DNA of 64,000 nucleotides from Macrostomum lignano (Eukaryota): NCBI GenBank assembly GCA_002269645.1, contig NIVC01000045.1, positions 484,892 to 548,891 of the forward strand, read 5' to 3'. Shown piece by piece: positions 54,368 to 63,489 of this stretch (position 1 is its first letter; each line of letters starts with the position of its first letter). The notes under the pieces were generated by a model. It saw only the letters and a program-made list of their open reading frames with translations, ran no database searches and was not told where the DNA came from. The position numbers and the translations under genes were made by a program.

Positions 54368-55114
54368 TTCCAGTTGCTGAAGGGTACATAAGCACACGAT
54401 GAAAGTACATAATGAAATCGATTTGCAGATTTGCAGACTGATTGACATGATTCTGAGATCAGGTGCTTAAATAATCCAGGAGAATGTAGGCAATAATTTT
54501 AACCAAAAAAATTAGTTTGGATTATTTATCTGAATTATTTACACTGAAATGTCTTAAACTATACGCGCCAGAGGGGCCAGAGGGGCTTACAAAATTACAA
54601 GTTCAATTCAATCTGCTGCATCAAGTCTCTCCAGCTTCTCCCTGACCCAGCCGACCTCTGAATTTTCCAGGTTCCTGCAGATACGCTCGTAGCTGCTACC
54701 TGTGCATTTGGCTTGAATATCCATTGAACAGCATTGGCAATTGGATATTGAAGTCCGCAGAACAAAATCACAGAGAAAAGCCCGCATCAAAGCAGACACG
54801 CGGTTTGAACGAAAAAACAAAAATACAAATTTAGCATGCAGTGCAATAAATTGAATTGCAGCAAAAATGTACAAAACTGCAGTTTTTGTACATTTGTACA
54901 TTTGTACATAGCATGAGGGCTGCTCAGACAGATCAAAGTAGCCTTTCAATAGCTAAAATACACAGAAATAGGCAGAAAACGCAGATCCCTCATCAAGCCA
55001 GCATGCATCAGAATAAACAGTTTGATTGAACAAACCCAAAGTACATGAAATTGTGTCAGCATCGATAACCGCACAAGACAGTCGTCAGTCTGCCTCAGCC
55101 TTCCTTTTCCGACC

Positions 55115-55984
55115 TCAACTATGCGACTCGACTTTGAGGACTCCGGCTGCTGCATCAAGTCTCTCCAGCTTCCGCCTGACCCTGCCGATCTTCTCCTCGT
55201 CCTGCGTCTCCATGGCGACGCGTCTCTCTTTCTCGATCATCTCCATCTGTTGCAGGCTGAGCTCCACGTGCTCACGGCAGTCGCTGTAGTGAGCCAGAGT
55301 GAGCAGCTCCTCCAAGTCCGGGTCTCCAAGCAGCTGTTCAATCCAATGATCGAATGCGATTGCAGGTGCGCGATTGCGGAGCAGCTCAGCTTGGAGACTC
55401 CAGCTCAGGCAGCAGAAGTTCACGTACAGGTGGGAGGAGAGAGGCTGCGACAGTCTGGCTGTGAACAGAGTCTGCGTGAACTCGGGAAGGAATGGGAAGC
55501 GAGGCGGAGAGTCGCAGGGGAGGCAGAACCTCCACGCCCAGTCTGAGTCTTCTGGCAATTCAGTTGGGCCATGTACAGACCCTCGGTGACGAATATCCTG
55601 TGGCTTCAACCCTGACTGAACCTGATGTCTCTGCAGCTCCATCGCGAGTCTCTCAGCCTCCTCAGATTCTGCGAACTTCAAATGCGCCATGGCGGTCATG
55701 CACAGGGCGACGCACTTGCACCACTGCAGCTCATGCAGGAGGCCGAGATGTCTCATCAGGGTGTCTCTGTCGCTCGATTCCGACTGCAGCTCGCTCACAC
55801 ACCGGTGCACCACACTGTACACGTCTGTGAACTTGTAGTACATTTCTAGTTCTTCACTGCCTTCTCTGATCTCCGTGACAGCAGGCGGCGCTGACAGAGG
55901 TAGCAGAGTGAACAGTAGAAGGCATGAGGGGGCTTCTGGGACAAAATTTTTCACCTCCTCCATAATCCACCTAAATCCATCCAT
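55115..55984 (-). CDS. Intronless orphan ORF, 289 aa from the first ATG, predicted helical with a C-terminal coiled coil; host or element origin unclear
   Basis: Long open frame in unique GC-rich sequence; no domain recognised. Confidence 0.55.
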   Translation of the reverse strand: MDGFRWIMEEVKNFVPEAPSCLLLFTLLPLSAPPAVTEIREGSEELEMYYKFTDVYSVVHRCVSELQSESSDRDTLMRHLGLLHELQWCKCVALCMTAMAHLKFAESEEAERLAMELQRHQVQSGLKPQDIRHRGSVHGPTELPEDSDWAWRFCLPCDSPPRFPFLPEFTQTLFTARLSQPLSSHLYVNFCCLSWSLQAELLRNRAPAIAFDHWIEQLLGDPDLEELLTLAHYSDCREHVELSLQQMEMIEKERRVAMETQDEEKIGRVRRKLERLDAAAGVLKVESHS

Positions 55985-56336
55985 ATTATCCCCGACAGAA
56001 TCAGAAAAAAAAGGGGGGTCGCACTCGCTCACAAAACATCCTCCATAATCCTATTAAATCCATCCATATTATCCCTGACAGAATCAGAAAAACTCGCTCA
56101 CAAAACTTCGAACATAATCCTCCTAACCTATCCTCCTTCCTCCACGACAGAATAAGAGCATAACAAGTGTCCTACATCATCCACTGACATCCACCCATAG
56201 CATGTTCGAAACAATCAGAAAATAATCTGCATTCTTCTCCCCACATTCAATCCGCAACGTGCTACCACATCCCTAAGACTTTAAATCATCAGCGCAGGGT
56301 CCTCACCCTTTGAAAAAAATTAAATTCTCAATAAAA

Positions 56337-56576
56337 ATGTTTCCAGTTGTCTCTCCAGGTTCTTATTACAAAGCGCACGAGCCTAATTACAAGAGTAAGT
56401 ACCGATGCAAACTTGAATGCAGCGAGTACATGAGAAAATATTGGCCCGACGTTGATATCAATGTCCCTAATATTAATCTAGCTCTCCAAAGACACTGGTT
56501 TCATAAGTATGGAGTAACCTATGTAAAAGATTATGACAGCTACTATAACTTTGCAGAAATCATTAGGCAATTGTGA
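56337..56576 (+). CDS. Small Tyr-rich orphan protein (79 aa) of the Maverick
   Basis: aaaaATG context like the other element genes; converges on the penton stop with a 4-nt gap. Confidence 0.55.
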   Translation: MFPVVSPGSYYKAHEPNYKSKYRCKLECSEYMRKYWPDVDINVPNINLALQRHWFHKYGVTYVKDYDSYYNFAEIIRQL

Positions 56577-56580
56577 TTTC

Positions 56581-57444
56581 TTACATTCTTTCAATGATCA
56601 ATGTCAATACAAACTCTTCCCCATTAAAATCAACGCCCATCCCATCTTCAGTCTCAAACTGTAGCACAATCTCGTGAATCTCTTTATTACTCAATACAAC
56701 TCTTTTCACTGGATTTGGTTTCTCTACCACCATCTGTCCTCCAGCAACAGAGTTGGAGATGTTGTACAAAATATTCGTTCGCTTTCCCTTAAATACCCAA
56801 TCAAGACTGAGATTGCTTCTGATTAGAATATTCAAACCCTTTACAATGTCTGCAATATTGGGTGCTAAGAACAAACCGCTTACATTTTCCCGGGCCATTT
56901 TAACGGTCCCCAATGCTTGAGTGGCGGTCCGCGCCGCGGATTCTGCCTTATAAACTTTCTTCTCGAATCCCAGTTCCCTATACCAAGTGTCATCTTTAAA
57001 CTCAACCTCCGCATCTTTGTGAACTTGCATGACCACTCTCATTACAGTGAGATCATAGGTTAGTTTGACAGGGAACAGTTTCTTCTCTGGCTTACTCGCA
57101 TCAGGTGTCTCAAAATGGCCTCTCTTAGTAAAGACATTTTCTAGAAAGTTATTGTAGGTATCCACACTTTGCGTGCTCACATGGAATACCACAGGGTCTG
57201 CTGCTGCACCTTTCCATTTGTAATAAAACTTATTATTTGCTGCCATCACATTGGGAACGTTTGACCAACCAGTGAAGTCGTTAAGATAGACATGGTAATT
57301 AGCACCTGGATCCAGGCGAATCGCCTGCTCTAATTTTTGAATAAATATCCCGTTTGATTCATTAATTCGCCCAGTTATTGTAATAGGAATGCTCTCCTTG
57401 GAGTGAGAAACAATATTATTTAGTCTTTCAGCAATCGCTTCCAT
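56581..57444 (-). CDS. Minor capsid protein (penton, single jelly-roll)
   Basis: Adjacent to the MCP. Motifs IRLDPGANYHVYL..SNVPNV..NNKFYY and the C-terminal FETEDGMGVDFNGEEFVLTLII are typical of Polinton/adintovirus pentons. Confidence 0.78.
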   Translation of the reverse strand: MEAIAERLNNIVSHSKESIPITITGRINESNGIFIQKLEQAIRLDPGANYHVYLNDFTGWSNVPNVMAANNKFYYKWKGAAADPVVFHVSTQSVDTYNNFLENVFTKRGHFETPDASKPEKKLFPVKLTYDLTVMRVVMQVHKDAEVEFKDDTWYRELGFEKKVYKAESAARTATQALGTVKMARENVSGLFLAPNIADIVKGLNILIRSNLSLDWVFKGKRTNILYNISNSVAGGQMVVEKPNPVKRVVLSNKEIHEIVLQFETEDGMGVDFNGEEFVLTLIIERM

Positions 57445-57467
57445 TTTTTCACCCACAAAAAAAATAT

Positions 57468-58754
57468 TTAAACTTTACTGGATGAATTGTTGATCATGTT
57501 AAGCTTCACCTTCCTCTCAAATGCATAGATAATGTACAGGTCCACGGGTGTTGCGACAGTCCTCTCAATGTTAGTCACGATATTCACAGGGCTGTTATCA
57601 GTAGGCATTTGTCTGGCAGACACATCAGCGCCAAACATTGGATATAGAGTTCCATATTGAAGAGCAGTGATAGCAATTCCATTGTTCTCTTTCACAGCCA
57701 AGTCGACCAACTCGCTGTAAAATTTGCTAATCTTGTTCTGACTGAAATCTCCATTTTGTGGCAGTGCAGGGTAAAGAATATCACTTATTTCATGCTGAAT
57801 GGACCGCACGTCTCCATGCATGTAGCGTATAATGCTATTTGGGTTTCTCATATTAATAATGATATACCTTGGATTGCTGCATGATCCCTCTTTAATGCAG
57901 ATATTTGTTCTAGTTTCGTTTCGCTCATCTCGACACATGTAGGCTGTGTATGCAACATCAATGTCCTTCTCTATTGCCTTAAGATAATCCGCTTTTAGTG
58001 CAGTCTTTGGCTCAATGACTTCCAAATACAGCTCGATTCCGGTTAGCTTCACCTCCATCCTTGTGTGGTCCGCCCCAGTCCACAACACTCTACTGCGATC
58101 ATCTCTAGTCATCTTAAAGGTGTAGCTAAAGTTACTAGTCAGTCGATTAAATGTATTACAGAATCCACTCATGAATCTCAATGGTACAAATACATCAACA
58201 GACCGATACAGCGGGTTCTTAGCAGCATCATCAGCACCTTGCAATGCATAGTTGTATCTCTTCTTCCTCTTTTTATAGCCACTGTCATTGATATCTCCTT
58301 CTTTTTCGTCTGCAATAAAACCCGCACCACTTCCCAATTGAATAAAATCAGGATTCTCGATCAAACAATGAGCGTCATAGACAATTCCAAAGTTCGCGAT
58401 TCGCTCCAACTCAGTGCTCCCATTCGATACACTAAAATCCTTGAACATGTACGCCCAAAAGTTACTGATCAGAGCCACATCCGCATCATGCTTGTCAACG
58501 TTAGCACGAGCCGCATCCGCACCACCCTTTGTCTTGAATTGAAATGTCATATGGAAGCCGCTCTTAAGACTGTGCACACTAACCAAAGACGAACATCCAT
58601 TGTATGTAAATGTCAGTGTTTGACCAGGACCAAGATTAGTTTCATTCTGATTTTCCTGACTGGGAACTCTTACCTGAGTCGCTTTGATTGTGCTATCATC
58701 ACTCAAAATAGGCTTGTTAATCTTGTAGAAAACTGGTGTCAGTGGGTCGTTCAT
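57468..58754 (-). CDS. Major capsid protein (double jelly-roll, Polinton PY/hexon-like), 428 aa
   Basis: Size, beta-rich pattern (VDVFVPLRFMSGF, NPRYIIINM, YPMFGADVS, LYIIYAFERKVKL) and position next to penton, ATPase and protease. Confidence 0.82.
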   Translation of the reverse strand: MNDPLTPVFYKINKPILSDDSTIKATQVRVPSQENQNETNLGPGQTLTFTYNGCSSLVSVHSLKSGFHMTFQFKTKGGADAARANVDKHDADVALISNFWAYMFKDFSVSNGSTELERIANFGIVYDAHCLIENPDFIQLGSGAGFIADEKEGDINDSGYKKRKKRYNYALQGADDAAKNPLYRSVDVFVPLRFMSGFCNTFNRLTSNFSYTFKMTRDDRSRVLWTGADHTRMEVKLTGIELYLEVIEPKTALKADYLKAIEKDIDVAYTAYMCRDERNETRTNICIKEGSCSNPRYIIINMRNPNSIIRYMHGDVRSIQHEISDILYPALPQNGDFSQNKISKFYSELVDLAVKENNGIAITALQYGTLYPMFGADVSARQMPTDNSPVNIVTNIERTVATPVDLYIIYAFERKVKLNMINNSSSKV

Positions 58755-58785
58755 TTTTTTAACTAAAAATAAAATAAAATAAGAA

Positions 58786-59500
58786 ATGAAGCGAAAAAGT
58801 ACACAGCAGATATCTGAATTGGAGAAGCTAGCACAAGCAGAGAAACGAGTTACCGGGCTAATAAATAAGGAGCAACAATCCTACAATGAGTTTGTCCAAG
58901 CAGCCACAGAGTTTCATAAGCCCGGGTATGGAGAAGCTAAGAAAAATATTGATCAGGTCAAAGAAACTATCGACGACATACAGGAAACCCAAGTGCAAAA
59001 GGTTTTGGGCAAAATTCCAGAAGCACCACAGATACAGCCGCAACCACAACAACCACAACCACAACAATCACAACTAAAAGTGACAGATAACATTTTTGGA
59101 CCAGTAGAGCGTGTAGAACATGATGGGAAATATGTATTTGGAATAAGTATGTGGAGAAAAAATATTTATAATGAACCAGTGGAATATTATATCGACATAA
59201 ATAAGAAACATATTTCTGTTGTCAAAGGCTCGGAAACTAAGAGCATTCCTTTCACAGAAACCTTACTGACTTTTATGACCAAGAACCAAGAGAGAATCTC
59301 GGACAAACAGCTAAAGAACTATAGAGATCTAGTGACTTTTGCTCTTGCTAGAGATATAGAAATACTAAAGGCCCCAGAAGTCCTGAGACTTATGTATGAT
59401 AACGGTGTCAACCTGACTAGATTCAAAAAGTACAAACACTTTAAACAATGGTTTGGTTTGCCAGATCAGGGGGAAGTCATTGATCAGATGAAATATCTGG

Positions 59501-59531
<31 letters not shown>

Positions 59532-60011
59532 GCAACAACAACAACCACAACCACAACAGCAACATTCCACAGAAGAACAAGTACTCAGTCATCTCGAGCA
59601 GTTAGACCCTTTGAAAGTAGCTGAATATAAGAAACAAAACCCAACAGACTGGCAACACTTAGAACAACACTCTCCAGATCGAATGAACAGAATCAAGCAA
59701 AGAGTTTTCACACCTCAACAGAGACAGGCACCACATGACAGTTCCATCTCTGAAAGTGAGCAGTCTTTTGCATCACCTCCCCAGCAGCTACAAGCCCAAC
59801 CAACTCCACAACCCAAGACCAACCGCCCTCAACTGGAAAAGGAATTTCTGAAATCTACAAGCGAGTAGCGGTTCTTCTAGGAGCGGCAAAGACCGGAATG
59901 AAAGATGAAAATAGAAAAGAATTTGTCAACATCCTGGACAAAATGCTTGAGAGAAAATACATCGATAAGAGGGCGAGAGAGCTTCTGCTTTCGCGGTTTA
60001 ACAAAAAATAA
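58786..60011 (+). CDS. PZ-like Q-rich core protein; the C-terminal domain continues in the -1 frame (59760-60011) after an indel near 59822
   Basis: Frame 3 reads PPSTGKGISEIYKRVAVLLGAAKTGMKDENRKEFVNILDKML, resembling the helical ..RL.LL.GS..AGN...E...I.D.L C-terminus I recall from Polinton PZ-type proteins. Confidence 0.6.
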
Positions 60012-60027
60012 TTTATTTCAAGTAAAA

Positions 60028-60422
60028 ATGCCTTTATTTTCGAAAAAGACATTGACAAATACTATGACAAAGAGGAACTTAATCTCATTAAACGCGGATC
60101 TGGACTTTTCCCTGCAGGCCACTATCCAAGAAAAGAACGCTCTGGGATTGGCCTTGCCGATTTGATCGCTCAGGGGGCCAAGATTTTTAAGGTCATTGGA
60201 GAGAACAAAGAGAACATCAAGAACGTTGCCGAAGCGGCTGGCAGTGTAGCCACAGCAGCCAAAAAGATAAAGGATACTGTAACACCTAAACAAGAGATTC
60301 AACCTCTGGCCCCGCTGGCTCCGCTGGCTTCGCTGGCCCCAAACCCAGACAGTGTGGACCCTGCAGTCTATGAGAAGATGAGAGCTAGCATTAAAAAAGG
60401 AAGTGGTTTCAAATTTGACTAA
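60028..60422 (+). CDS. Small Maverick protein (~131 aa) with repeated GxG motifs; ATG is one base out of frame
   Basis: aaaaATG at 60028. Frame 3 is open 60012-60422: FIFEKDIDKYYDKEELNLIKRGSGLF..RSGIGLADL..SIKKGSGFKFD*. Confidence 0.55.
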
Positions 60423-60464
60423 AGGTACTTTCCGAGGGTACAAGACATGTAAGAGTATAAGACT

Positions 60465-60569
60465 AGTCCCGAAATGACACATCTAAGTCCCAAAATGACA
60501 CATCTAAGTCCCAAAATGACACATCTAAGTCCCAAAATGACACATCTAAGTCCCGAAATGACACATCTA
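60465..60569. repeat. Five copies of a 21-bp repeat (agtccc[a/g]aaatgacacatcta) upstream of the ATPase
   Basis: Exact tandem copies in the only sizeable intergenic gap of the plus-strand gene run. Confidence 0.95.
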
Positions 60570-60612
60570 AATTATTTATTATTTAATTATTTTTTTTTCA
60601 TCATAGAAAAAA

Positions 60613-61413
60613 ATGGACTTTTCAAACGACTTCAATCCTCACTGGACGCGTAATCAGATTAAGTTTTCTCATCATGAGTCAATCCCGAGTCACTTCAGAT
60701 GCATTGTTGTTGGTTCGTCAGGTTCAGGTAAAACATTCAGAGTCTTTAACATGCTTCTTAGACCTGGCTTTATCGACTATGACACTCTGCACATCTACTC
60801 TCCCACACTGTATCAAGATGAGTATAGAATGCTGATTGCAGGGCTTCAAAACAAGCTGAACAAAGAGGACATTATTGCATGTTTTAATAACCAAATGAGC
60901 CTTCCCAGTAACCCTGAAATTGTAGCTGCCGAATATGCAAAGCACCTCAAAGACAATGAAAAATGGCAGAACATTAAAGTGTTCACCTATGGAGATCCAC
61001 AGGCTGATCCAAAGACCAAACTTCTACCCCAACCAGATGAGCTAGAAAAGGGGAGAAAGCATTTGATCGTCTTTGATGATTGTATGACAGGCCCACAGAA
61101 GCAGATAGAAAACTATTTTACAAGAGGACGACATAACAATTGTAATGTAATTTACATTGCACAGAACTGGTTCGAGCTCCCGAACAAAACAATTCGTGGG
61201 AACTGCAATCTGATTCTCCTGTTTCCAACCATTCCACAGGACAGGTTAAAAAGATTTTACAATGAGGTCATTGCGCCTGCCTATTTCATAAATCCAACAA
61301 AAAACTCAAGCAGAAAGATTTCACAAGAGGAATTCGTTAATCTTTGCTATGACAAGTGGAATCAGCCTTACCAGTTTGTGATTATCAGCAAAGAAAAAAG
61401 AACTGTAATTTAA
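60613..61413 (+). CDS. Genome-packaging ATPase (A32/FtsK-HerA family), 266 aa
   Basis: Walker A GSSGSGKT, Walker B LIVFDD and the arginine-finger motif RGRHNNCNVIYIAQ. Confidence 0.92.
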   Translation: MDFSNDFNPHWTRNQIKFSHHESIPSHFRCIVVGSSGSGKTFRVFNMLLRPGFIDYDTLHIYSPTLYQDEYRMLIAGLQNKLNKEDIIACFNNQMSLPSNPEIVAAEYAKHLKDNEKWQNIKVFTYGDPQADPKTKLLPQPDELEKGRKHLIVFDDCMTGPQKQIENYFTRGRHNNCNVIYIAQNWFELPNKTIRGNCNLILLFPTIPQDRLKRFYNEVIAPAYFINPTKNSSRKISQEEFVNLCYDKWNQPYQFVIISKEKRTVI

Positions 61414-61429
61414 AATTTGCTATTAAAAG

Positions 61430-62245
61430 ATGTCGATAAACTTTGCAGGTGAATCCATTTCTGGCAACAGCGCTCTTACATCAGCTCAGATATCCATCCT
61501 TGACAGGCGATATATCAACAGCGACGAAAAGATCCCAGAGATCAAACTGAATAAAAACAGACTGAAAGCCCTAGAGCGCTCCATGCACCAGTTGCAAATA
61601 AACATGGAAGATCTCAGGCTTAAAGTAGCTAGGCAGAAGTTTGAAAGTGATAAGCTTTATGTGCCGTTGTTAAACGCAACTAATGAACTTAGGTCAGAAA
61701 TAACTTCGATAGTCTCGCTAATCAACGGCTTGAGATCATCAGTTAATCTTCTGGGAAATTCCACTGATAGCGGATGCGTATTCTCGAAGGAGGAGTTTTC
61801 ACAAACACAGCTAAAGTAAATAATTTAGAAGAGTTCATGAACCAGTCAACAGCGTTGCATGATAGAATTAAAGAAAACGTCGCAACCAACAGGTAAAGTC
61901 AATAATTTAGAAGAGTTCATGACTCAGTCAACATCGTTGCATGATCGAATCAAAGAAAGACTTGAAGCATTAAAGAGAAAGGATGTATCACACAGTAGCT
62001 ATCTAAACGGAATGTATAGCTCCTGGGGTAAAATACTAAGGAGGCTTGATCGTCTGGAGAGAACACTCAATCTTCGTGACATTGCTATTGATGAAGCAGA
62101 ATCTGCTGCTCGTCCGGTCATGTCTACAGATCGAGTAGAAGGAGCTCTGGACCCCGCCGGAGTAATCCGGCACGCTCTCAAACGTCAGCCGCCCAGCCGC
62201 TGCCTGCTGGACTCGCGATCCTCCGGCGTCACGAGAGCCGCCTAG
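61430..62245 (+). CDS. Coiled-coil Maverick protein; ORFs 61430-61819 and 61859-62245 are probably one gene with two compensating indels
   Basis: Both ORFs share a frame. An internal ~63-bp repeat (KVNNLEEFMxQSTxLHDRIKE) appears once in a shifted frame and once in frame. Confidence 0.55.
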
Positions 62246-62336
62246 ACAACCGGCGGTGCAGATGGAATTATCAAAAAGAAAACAGATCTTTCAACCGGAT
62301 AGTTTTATAATTTTTTTTTTTTTTCTAGAGAAAAAA

Positions 62337-63050
62337 ATGGCCCAACAAAATTCTCTATACGATCAGTCTCAATACGTTGAACCTAAAATACCGACAGCAC
62401 CAAACTCAATGGCACCGAATTCGAACACACAAAACCTGGCACCGAATCTGAATGCACCTCAATATGAGCAACAAAAACTCTACCCCGTCATTACTTGTAA
62501 CTCTCAACAGTTTCGACTGGTAGAGACTCAAAAAATGCGAGATGATCTTGAAAAAAATATTTTCCACAACACAAAGAAAATTAAACGCTATGAAAGCCAC
62601 TGTAAATTTTTCGACTACAGCAATATGATTCTAGGATCTGTGTCTGTTCTATCTGGATCTGCTGCAGCTGTCTCAACGTTGCCAGTCATCACAGCCCCAA
62701 TCGCAATCCCGCTCGGCTCTGTGGGTGCTGCATGTGGACTTATTTCAGCAATTACTGGAGCATTAGCGCGAAACAGGCGAAAAAAACTAAAGCAGCTACA
62801 GGAGAAGCAAGTAAAAGAGAAAGGGGTGCACACTTCAATCATAGGGTACATTTCAAGAGCAATAGACGATAAGTTCATTTCAGAGGATGAGTTCAAAACC
62901 ATTCAGGATCTTTATGAACAATCAATTCGAATGAACTTGAACATGGTCGGTACTGATGACATGAGTCAGCTGAGAAATGAACTCGAGAAAGTTCTTCAAC
63001 ATTATGTGGAAAGAAGGACAACGAGAAGTACAACGAGGAATGCACAATGA
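62337..63050 (+). CDS. Maverick accessory protein with central hydrophobic hairpin (candidate membrane-active, 'GasderminX'-type), 237 aa
   Basis: QQFRL..helical region, then small-residue hydrophobic segments (ILGSVSVLSGSAAAVSTLPVITAPIAIPLGSVGAACGLISAITG), a basic KKLK patch and AIDDKFISEDEF. Confidence 0.6.
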   Translation: MAQQNSLYDQSQYVEPKIPTAPNSMAPNSNTQNLAPNLNAPQYEQQKLYPVITCNSQQFRLVETQKMRDDLEKNIFHNTKKIKRYESHCKFFDYSNMILGSVSVLSGSAAAVSTLPVITAPIAIPLGSVGAACGLISAITGALARNRRKKLKQLQEKQVKEKGVHTSIIGYISRAIDDKFISEDEFKTIQDLYEQSIRMNLNMVGTDDMSQLRNELEKVLQHYVERRTTRSTTRNAQ

Positions 63051-63054
63051 ACCC

Positions 63055-63462
63055 TTATGAAACACCGGGAAAGCCAAGAATAATTTCCTTGTAGGTCTTT
63101 CGTGTTTTGGTCATTGCATACAAAACAGTCATGCACAGCTCACCGCAAATATCACTGCTAAGACCTTGGTGAATAAAGTCTGAGCGATAAATTTTTTTAT
63201 TATTTTTTCCCTTCATATAATTTCTTAGCTCTTCTGGTACTGCCGTCCCATAGCTATCGAAGTAATAACACTTGTGCTTGCGATCGGGATCAATCACCCA
63301 GCAAACCCAATGAGATCCTGGCTTATCGGTGCTGTCAAAGTTCATGATGCCGCATTCTTTTCTTAGAGGAAAATCAGACAGAGTGTCCCTCATAAATATT
63401 CCTCTAAAGTTTGGGATTTCCAGTTCGTTAGCCAAATCTTCAAGAAAGTTATTTGTTGTCAT
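63055..63462 (-). CDS. Adenain-like (family C5) cysteine maturation protease, 135 aa
   Basis: Catalytic motifs GSHWVC, YFDSYG and HQ..SDICG. Confidence 0.92.
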   Translation of the reverse strand: MTTNNFLEDLANELEIPNFRGIFMRDTLSDFPLRKECGIMNFDSTDKPGSHWVCWVIDPDRKHKCYYFDSYGTAVPEELRNYMKGKNNKKIYRSDFIHQGLSSDICGELCMTVLYAMTKTRKTYKEIILGFPGVS

Positions 63463-63489
63463 TTTTTATGAGGTTTATTAAACTTTCTC

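Noticed and set aside
60009-60030. Stop-codon readthrough joining the PZ-like C-terminus to the GxG protein (same frame across TAA)
   Set aside because: TAA followed by T is not a typical leaky context, and an aaaaATG one base out of frame explains the downstream gene more simply.
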